A stretch of DNA of 24,410 bases from an uncultured Gemmatimonadota bacterium (lineage in GTDB: Bacteria > GCA-2686955). The DNA is taken from assembly GCA_964490075.1 (NCBI GenBank), contig CAZBBK010000016.1, forward strand, positions 62,001 through 86,410, given 5' to 3'. A program made the translations under genes and the position numbers. Positions within the stretch are counted from its first letter, which is position 1, and each line of letters begins with the position of its first letter. Below the pieces are notes generated by a model. It was not told the DNA's origin. It searched no databases and was given only the letters and a program-made list of their open reading frames with translations. Below are positions 18,901 to 24,410 of this stretch, in pieces.

Positions 18901-19368
18901 AGATTCCGCCCAGTCCCTCCCTTCGTCATCTCGGATCCGCTCCGCCGCCACTCGAGAGGCGACCTGGGTAAGACAGATCAGGCCGTCGCATCGCTCCATC
19001 GCCTTTCGCGCGCGGGCAGTGAGCTCGGGATCATCGAGATCCGCGAGATCGGGATCCGGATCGGGGTGCGCGCCAGGGTCGACTCCGGACCAACGCTCGG
19101 GCAGCTCGCCGCTGTCGTCGATCTCGGCGAAAGCGGTCGCGGCCTCCGGCTCGAGCTCGAGTCCCGGCAACCCACGACACCGCTCCTCGCCCGCAAGACG
19201 CTCGAGCTCCACCTCCGCCCGTTCGAGCTTCTGCCGAAGAGCCACGAAGACCCCGGGTGTCCATGTTTCCACGAGGGAGGAGACCTGTCCGAAGAGAGAT
19301 CCGCCGCAGTTCTCCCGCACCCGCTGGATCAGGCGCTCGACTTCGGTGTGATCGTGCTCGGTTGGCAT
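15946..19368 (-). CDS. TPR-repeat plus CHAT-domain (caspase-like) protease
   Basis: Probable start MPTEHDH at 19368 after GAGGGAG. TPRs such as EATTLSNLG and GDRRGEAITLGHLA. CHAT motifs AEWARARSL, LLIVPWGMLHRLPFEML, LPGTRAEV, IIHLGCHG (His), LVVLAACQAG (Cys), ASPWMVDD and HPFHWASF. Confidence 0.93.
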   Translation of the reverse strand: MPTEHDHTEVERLIQRVRENCGGSLFGQVSSLVETWTPGVFVALRQKLERAEVELERLAGEERCRGLPGLELEPEAATAFAEIDDSGELPERWSGVDPGAHPDPDPDLADLDDPELTARARKAMERCDGLICLTQVASRVAAERIRDDEGRDWAESHIGAEVARFVRGEAAELGAESAGVAVSLFRSWRVLGPCPDPDAQQRILRVGSDAGGAVHCDALLAVADMLRESGEVDRARALVVDCPATRPWWREQALVVIGKLAFCSGKLSRGAACGAAAVRLALRARHRNGVAAGLLLLGAQQVHLGEPRRTRTILLEALRLLRAVGDQGNATLALSSLAALASYGGDPFDAVRGHRSVLVVQRRENMKVYEATTLSNLGLGLIAIGEYREARGTLEEAIEACRHVGDRRGEAITLGHLAILNRRTGDYRRAAEIWHEVIDRHDALGDRLSSALGHVELAAEECRRENWSRSIELANEAIETFESLGADRWLIDARYRLAFTLEEAGRTREARDLFERCAHAGEELGDRRGAMASFTGAARSAFAQGDFTVAWELIQRACAELPEKGALAMQALHARGAIAAAIGAREEALASYNEAAAMLESLLRESGPAMDSVLDDALPILEEQVALLLSEQAPDHEEIAAAFRVAEWARARSLMESIHRRDDPAVDRSGPLGTRRRRVEARLRALQKRLIEERAAPEPRGNLCRYLGEKITGARLEHQRVLHDIEARYPVSAAEEGLTPPLSLADARRKVVASSDTAILSYFAAGERLLLWIVRSDEAHLVDLPLPMSRIEDWIERALRPFERFAETGADLALMALDPAVLRELGRALIDPALPRLGGVRRLLIVPWGMLHRLPFEMLALDAGTREGPAASLHDLHYLAEDFDLAYGPSASLLDPELRCDASAPDPAPRAISNQSSLVAWGDPAGGGVAGATREGGRGSSGLPGTRAEVELLEALFDNARIFVGSEARESAYRQAAPDADIIHLGCHGHLDDRSPLHSGLVLAPGESGAEGSLLQGYEIADIRLRNAPLVVLAACQAGGGPLSTGAGLLGLTRSFMQAGAGAVLASPWMVDDASTHQLLDAFYRTLASAGVGAMEALGRARRALLDTARADSGSGAGLDPIHPFHWASFRLHGIGARGR

Positions 19369-19617
19369 GGGGCTCCCTCGGTTTTCGATCGACACGCCGC
19401 GGCGCGAAGGCGCGCTTTGGAGCATCTTAGCCAAGCTCACGTTGGCGGCCCAGCGCAGCGGCCGAGCGCGCTTCGAAAACTGCTCGGGCGAGTCGGTTTT
19501 TCTTGTCGATGGTCGGCTTTACGGGGAATTGGCTCTATCGGCCGGGGCTATCCAGGGAGGCATTTGCGCAAGTAACGCGAGTGTTGAACAGTGGTTATAT
19601 GGTCCGCTATATCGAGC

Positions 19618-19646
19618 CTGACATTTTCTTGTGGATTTATTATTGT
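19618..19646 (+). promoter_or_regulatory. Putative sigma70-type promoter in the AT-rich divergent intergenic region
   Basis: CTGACA (19618-19623), 17-nt spacer, TATTGT (19641-19646), upstream of the 19759 gene. Confidence 0.4.
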
Positions 19647-19758
19647 CGATCGCTTAGTTTAATCCCACGATTGCGGATCGCTTTCGCAGCCATCCAACCC
19701 GTGCTGGGGTCCATCCACGACAGCCCGGCTTCCATCCATCACCCACGAGGTACGCAAC

Positions 19759-20538
19759 ATGCTCACCGAGCGTCTTGTCCGATCTGCCTTTCTGACCACG
19801 GCCGCGTTGATCGCGGTCTTCGTTCCCGCCAGCGCATCTCACGCCGCCTTGCTCATGGATCCCCCGCAGCTCCACACCATGGTGCAGGCGGCGGATCTCG
19901 TCTTTCGAGGAGAGGTCGAAGAGATCGAGTACGCCTTCTCCGAGCCCGCGGGGCCGGAGCAGGTTCGTATCCCTTACACCTTCGTCACCTACCGCGTCGA
20001 CGAGGTCTATGTTGGCCGGGCAGACGGCCCGACGGTGACGCTGCGCTTCATCGGAGGCCTCTACGACGATGGTGTGTTCATGGAGGCGAACATCGTTCCA
20101 CTCTTCGACGTCGGGGATGAAGACCTGCTCCTCGTCGAAGGAAACGGCCGCAGGATCTGCCCGCTGATCCGCAACGATCAGGGTCGCCTGAGGGTGATCG
20201 ACGGACGGATCTACTCCGAAGTGGGACAGACCTGCCGGATCGCCGCCGATGGCACCTTGCTTTACGGCCACCACCATGCGCTGCCCGAAGTGCTCACGCA
20301 CGAAGTGGATGGTCGCATCCGATCGCGCACTCCGGGGCCCAGGCGCGCCACCGAGCGCGGCGAGTCGATGACGATCGAAGAACTCATCAGTCGAGTCGAG
20401 TCGGTCGCCAGCGCATCCAGTGGCATGGCTCGCTTCGAGAGCGCCGACCCCCACGCCGCATTCGAAGGTCCCGACATGACGCCGGTGCCTGCACCCGCCG
20501 AGCCCGCGCGTCACAGCACCTCCGCCGCCCCACGCTGA
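19759..20538 (+). CDS. Secreted hypothetical protein, probable OB-fold/TIMP(NTR)-like domain
   Basis: GAGG RBS; signal peptide ending ASHA. Pattern MVQAADLVFRGEV...YTFVTYRVDEVYVG...VTLRFIGG...PLFDVGDEDLLLV. The fold is an inference. Confidence 0.8.
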   Translation: MLTERLVRSAFLTTAALIAVFVPASASHAALLMDPPQLHTMVQAADLVFRGEVEEIEYAFSEPAGPEQVRIPYTFVTYRVDEVYVGRADGPTVTLRFIGGLYDDGVFMEANIVPLFDVGDEDLLLVEGNGRRICPLIRNDQGRLRVIDGRIYSEVGQTCRIAADGTLLYGHHHALPEVLTHEVDGRIRSRTPGPRRATERGESMTIEELISRVESVASASSGMARFESADPHAAFEGPDMTPVPAPAEPARHSTSAAPR

Positions 20539-20567
20539 CCCCGACTCCCCACCTCTGGAGAAATCTG

Positions 20568-21620
20568 ATGAACAAGCAACTCAGCCTACTGATCTGCCTC
20601 GGCTCGACCGCTCTGATCGGCACCGAATCCCAGGCGTTCACTACCCACGGATCCTGGTCAACCGACCGCGCCATCATGCGTGCTCACCGTGTCAGCTTTG
20701 CTCCCAACACACACTTCCGCACCGCTCTCGGCGTGGTCGCGGATCGCTGGAACGACAACCCGAGCGCATTCCGCTTCGACCAACGCTTCGACGACCGGCG
20801 CGCGTCCTTCGACAATCGCGAAAACGAAGTCTGGTTCTCGGGAAGCGCGGACTACGATCCCGCCGTCACCTTCTGGTGGACTGACGGCGGCGACATCGTC
20901 GAAGCCGACATCGTCTTCTTCACTGGACAGCCCTACACAACGGCCATGCACAAGGACCAGCAGTGGGCCTACGGCGGTCCCAATCGCCCCTTCCGTACCA
21001 CCGCCATGCACGAGTACGGTCACGCACTCGGCCTGCTTCACGAAGCGGACGAGTACAACATCATGGGCCAGGATTGGACTCACCTGAGTCTCCAAGGCTC
21101 GGAATGCCGCGCCTATCCCGGCGAGGATGCATCCGACGGTGCCGTCGCTCTCTACGGGCGGAGCGCAGAGGTCATCGAAGACGTGGGCGTGGTGCACTGG
21201 CGACGTACCGGTCGATCTGGCGAGTACAGCGAGCATTCCCGAACACGCATGTTCGATGCCGCCGGCGCAGCGCTCTCCTTCGACATGCACGATGGTCAGC
21301 AACGTTACGACGTGCGCCCGGGCCAGCGTGTGAGGGTCGAGTTCAGCTACGAGAACAACGGTGAAACCACGCAGAAAGCAAACTGCCGCTTCTTTATCTC
21401 CACCAACGATTTCATCAGCAATTACGATCGTGTGATCCAGACGTTCTGGGTGAGACACCCCCGAAACGACGTCTACACCTTGACACGAACCGTGACGATT
21501 CCGGCCGATCTCGATGTCGGTCGCACCTACTACCTCGGAGTCGGCGTCGACTACGACAACCTTATCCACGAGGTGACTGCGGCCAACAACCACGCCTACC
21601 ACATCATCGACGTGAACTGA
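20568..21620 (+). CDS. Secreted matrixin-like (M10-type) metzincin with C-terminal CARDB/Ig-like domain
   Basis: GGAGA RBS; signal peptide ending ESQA. IVEADIVF; zinc motif HEYGHALGLLH (21009-21041); Met-turn NIMG; C-terminal IPADL..G.TYYLGVGVDYDNLIHE...NN. Confidence 0.9.
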   Translation: MNKQLSLLICLGSTALIGTESQAFTTHGSWSTDRAIMRAHRVSFAPNTHFRTALGVVADRWNDNPSAFRFDQRFDDRRASFDNRENEVWFSGSADYDPAVTFWWTDGGDIVEADIVFFTGQPYTTAMHKDQQWAYGGPNRPFRTTAMHEYGHALGLLHEADEYNIMGQDWTHLSLQGSECRAYPGEDASDGAVALYGRSAEVIEDVGVVHWRRTGRSGEYSEHSRTRMFDAAGAALSFDMHDGQQRYDVRPGQRVRVEFSYENNGETTQKANCRFFISTNDFISNYDRVIQTFWVRHPRNDVYTLTRTVTIPADLDVGRTYYLGVGVDYDNLIHEVTAANNHAYHIIDVN

Positions 21621-21666
21621 GGTCACCGCCGCTGCGCACGACCGCGTGCGGCGCCGCTTCAACGAA

Positions 21667-21701
21667 TTCGCCCCGGGATGCGCGATGCACCCCGGGGCGA
21701 A
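21667..21701 (+). terminator. GC-rich hairpin downstream of the metzincin gene
   Basis: TTCGCCCCGGG...CCCGGGGCGAA forms an 11-bp perfect stem with inner TGC/GCA pairs. There is no U tract. Confidence 0.55.
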
Positions 21702-21725
21702 GGCGTCGATCTCGAGCGCCCGGGT

Positions 21726-21923
21726 CCGCCTTCAGCCCACCTCATTCACCAAATCGCGTAGCGAAACGGCGCAGGTCCGTGCGTGGCCGGCACTTCACGT
21801 GCTTGGCGCGCGGAAGCGTAGTTTCACCTACGTCGCACCAGCGACAAGTGCGGGAAGTGCCGGCCACGTGCGGACATGCGTCGTTGCAGTAGCGAGTTGG
21901 TGAATAAGGTGGGTTCAGAGCGG
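21726..21923 (+). other. ~200-nt imperfect inverted repeat (rod-like hairpin); candidate ncRNA or palindromic element
   Basis: The arms pair along almost their whole length around loop TTTCAC (21822-21827). A perfect 15-bp core CGTGGCCGGCACTTC (21782-21796) pairs with GAAGTGCCGGCCACG (21854-21868). Confidence 0.8.
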
Positions 21924-22169
21924 CTTCCCCTCGTCGCGCTCCAACACCTCGAGTGCCTCCCTGGACCGCCCCAACGCCGCGGCCGCGCTCCGGGCAGATC
22001 TCGCATCAGCGCCCACACGAGCCTCTTCGACAGGCCTTGGCGGGAGGAGGTGATGGTGCGCAATAGTTGCCCCGGTCGTCGCCGGCGCAAGGCCTCCCCG
22101 GCCCGGGCGAGCACGGCGGCATCGGCATCAGGGCCGCTCTCGAACGCGCCCCGGATGTCCGCCCTCCGG

Positions 22170-22219
22170 GCCCAAAGCCTGAAGCCCAAAGCCTGGTCCC
22201 GGCGACTTTGCCGGGACCC
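22170..22219. repeat. Dispersed hairpin repeat, copy 2, with heptamer repeats
   Basis: GCCCAAA-GCCTGAA-GCCCAAA-GCCT followed by GGTCCCGGC-GACTTT-GCCGGGACC; reverse complement of the element at 3882-3923. Confidence 0.75.
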
Positions 22220-22258
22220 TGGCGCGACCCCGGCAGCTCGGCGGCGCCCAGACGACGT

Positions 22259-22264
22259 TACAAT
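22259..22264 (+). promoter_or_regulatory. Putative -10 element for the downstream S8 peptidase
   Basis: TACAAT about 95 nt upstream of ATG 22359; no good -35 element. Confidence 0.3.
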
Positions 22265-22358
22265 GGCTTGCAGGAGGCAACCCACGAATCGTCTTGGAAC
22301 CGCTCCCGGGGCGGCCGATGCAGGCCGCGCGGGGGTATCGACCGTGCAGGAGAGCCCG

Positions 22359-24410
22359 ATGTCCCTATCCCGTCCTTCCCTGGCCTGCGCCGCCGCGTTC
22401 GTCGCGACGGCGGGCCTCGCCCGCGCCGGAACGCTCACCCCCGATCTCGCCGAGCAGCTCGAAGGCGCCGGCCCGACCGATCTGGCGCGCGTCATCGTCA
22501 TGCTGCCCGACCAGCTCGACCAACCGGCCTTCGTGGCCGAGATGGGCGCCACCGGGGCGACCCTGCACCGGCGCCATGTCGAGGCCGTGACGCGCCTCCA
22601 GGCGCTCTCCAGCGAGCGCCAGGAAGCGCTGCTGGAGCGGCTCCAGGAAGGCCTGATGATCGATGAGGTCGCCGACTACACGCCGCTGTGGATCACCAAC
22701 GGCGTGATCGTCACCGCCACCCGGCGCGAGATCGAGTCGATCGCCCGGCGCGCCGACGTCGATCTGGTCTACCCCGACTACCCGATCTCGCTGATCGCAC
22801 CGGTCGGAGAGCCGCGCGCCGACGACTCCCCGCCGGCCGCCTCCGCGACCACCGGCGCCGAGCCGCCCGCCACCCTGGCCATCGAGGAGGGGGTCTCATC
22901 GACCCGTGCTCCGGAGCTCTGGGCGCTGGGTTTCGACGGCACCGGCGTCATCGTCGGCGACATGGATACCGGCGCCGACGGCGATCATCCGGCCTTCGCC
23001 AACCGCTACCTGGGGCTGCGCAAGCCGACCGCGCAGTGCTGGTTCGACCCGGTCACCCACACCACCTTCCCGGAGGAGTTCGGCTATATCAGCCACGGCA
23101 CCCACACCCTGGGCACCATCTGCGGCTCCGACGGCTCCAACCAGATCGGCATGGCGCCAGGCGCCGAGTGGATCGCGGCCGCGGTGATCGACCGCGTGAG
23201 CCTCGACCGCACCATCGCCGACGCCATCCTCGCTTTCGAGTGGTTCGCCGATCCCGACGGCGATCCCTTCACCTCGGACGACGTTCCGGCGGCGGTCAAC
23301 AACTCATGGGGCGTCTCGCCGATCTGGCACGGCGTGCCGCACTGCGACAACACCTTCTGGAACGTGATCGACAACTGCGAGGCGGCCGGCGCCGCGGTGA
23401 TCTTCGCCGCCGGCAACGAAGGTCCCGGCTCCAAGTCGCTGCGCACCCCCGCCGATCGCATCGCCAGCTCCACCAACGTGTTCTCGGTCGGTGCCCTGAT
23501 GCCGGGCTCGAGCGAGATCGCCTCCTTCTCCAGCCGCGGCCCCTCGGGCTGCGACAACGTGACGATCAAGCCCGAGGTCACCGCCCGCGGCTACGACGTT
23601 CGCTCGTCGGTCCACGGCGGCGGCTACGGCACCCTCTCCGGCACCTCGATGGCCTGCCCGCACGTGGCCGGCGCCATCGCTCTGCTCAGGAGCGCACGCC
23701 CGCAGTCGTCGCCCGAAGAGCTCAAGGAGGCGCTGCTGATGAGCGCGGTCGACCTGGGCTCGGTCGGTGAGGACAACACCTACGGAACCGGACGCATCGA
23801 CGTGGTCGCGGCGCTCGACTTCCTGGGCGGACCGGCCGGGATCATCAAGGTCGACCTCGACCCGATCGCAGAGCCGGTGCGTGTGCCGACCGCCGGCGGT
23901 CCGGTGGTCTTCGACTGGGAGGTGCGCAACGAGGGCGGCGAGGCCGATACCTTCGACACCTGGCTGACCGCCGCGCCGGAATGGGGCGGTGAGCAGCTGG
24001 TCTGGGGGCCGGAGATCATGACCCTGGACGGCGGCGACTCCACCACCGGCACCGCCACGGCGCCGATGCGCGGCTACCTGCCGAACGGTTACTACTGGGC
24101 GTCGGCGCTGGTCGGGGAGTACCCGGACGACGCGGTCGACTCCGACAGCTTCCAGATCTACAAGGGCGACACCCTGCCCTTCCTGCTCACCTTCGACGAG
24201 CTGGCCGACGACGAGGTGATCGGCGACCACTACGCCGGCGTCACCTTCTCGCCCGGGTGGATGGCCTGGAACTCGGTCGGCAACACCCGCTATCCGCCGC
24301 ACAGCGTCCCCAACGTGGCCTACACCCACGAGCAGGCGAACTCCATCGCCTGGAGCACCCCGGTCGACGAGCTGCGCTTCTACGCCTCCGGCCGCGCCGA
24401 TCTGGGACTG
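22359..24410 (+). CDS. Secreted S8 serine peptidase (bacillopeptidase-F-like) with C-terminal Ig-like domains; 3'-truncated
   Basis: Not in the ORF track because no stop falls inside the window. Hand translation from ATG 22359 (AGGAG RBS) gives signal MSLSRPSLACAAAFVATAGLARA, propeptide motif LWITNG, VGDMDTG, SHGTHTLG, NNSWG, FAAGNEG, FSSRGP and SGTSMACPHVAG. Confidence 0.93.
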   Translation, partial: MSLSRPSLACAAAFVATAGLARAGTLTPDLAEQLEGAGPTDLARVIVMLPDQLDQPAFVAEMGATGATLHRRHVEAVTRLQALSSERQEALLERLQEGLMIDEVADYTPLWITNGVIVTATRREIESIARRADVDLVYPDYPISLIAPVGEPRADDSPPAASATTGAEPPATLAIEEGVSSTRAPELWALGFDGTGVIVGDMDTGADGDHPAFANRYLGLRKPTAQCWFDPVTHTTFPEEFGYISHGTHTLGTICGSDGSNQIGMAPGAEWIAAAVIDRVSLDRTIADAILAFEWFADPDGDPFTSDDVPAAVNNSWGVSPIWHGVPHCDNTFWNVIDNCEAAGAAVIFAAGNEGPGSKSLRTPADRIASSTNVFSVGALMPGSSEIASFSSRGPSGCDNVTIKPEVTARGYDVRSSVHGGGYGTLSGTSMACPHVAGAIALLRSARPQSSPEELKEALLMSAVDLGSVGEDNTYGTGRIDVVAALDFLGGPAGIIKVDLDPIAEPVRVPTAGGPVVFDWEVRNEGGEADTFDTWLTAAPEWGGEQLVWGPEIMTLDGGDSTTGTATAPMRGYLPNGYYWASALVGEYPDDAVDSDSFQIYKGDTLPFLLTFDELADDEVIGDHYAGVTFSPGWMAWNSVGNTRYPPHSVPNVAYTHEQANSIAWSTPVDELRFYASGRADLGL

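Noticed and set aside
21726..21923. 6S RNA, SRP RNA, integron attC site or retron ncRNA
   Set aside because: It lacks the large central bubble of 6S, the SRP GGAA-loop/AGCAG motif, and paired RYYYAAC/GTTRRRY ends, and it is longer than typical attC sites. No integrase or reverse transcriptase lies in the window.
21824..24329. Track ORFs 21824-22552, 22067-22666, 22688-23770 and 23304-24329
   Set aside because: They are off-frame or antisense shadows of the S8 gene starting at 22359 and its upstream non-coding region.

Overview
High-GC bacterial genomic window from a draft scaffold, with a 100-N gap at 1431-1530; the taxon cannot be determined from the sequence. From left to right: (1) two tandem paralogous alpha/alpha-toroid proteins with C-terminal Ig-like domains, separated by a 66-bp palindromic tandem array; (2) a DUF434 gene and an S8 subtilase on the minus strand; (3) a four-gene redox operon (DUF6599-like, Tat-type DUF362, NapH/NapG-like Fe-S membrane protein, Tat-type aldo/keto reductase); (4) a minus-strand operon of acetate kinase with an extra HTH-like tail, a small Cys-rich V4R-like protein and a HEAT-repeat protein; (5) an accessory-looking block with an AT-hook/XRE regulator converging on a TPR-CHAT protease, and a divergent secreted OB-fold/TIMP-like protein plus matrixin-like metzincin pair; (6) a ~200-nt G-U-biased rod-like hairpin; (7) a second S8 peptidase that runs off the window and is absent from the ORF track. 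No rRNA, tRNA, CRISPR array, transposase or integrase was recognised. The best candidates for undescribed biology are the AckA-HTH/V4R/HEAT operon, the XRE/CHAT/metzincin block and the long hairpin. Family assignments come from motif recognition by eye, not from database searches.
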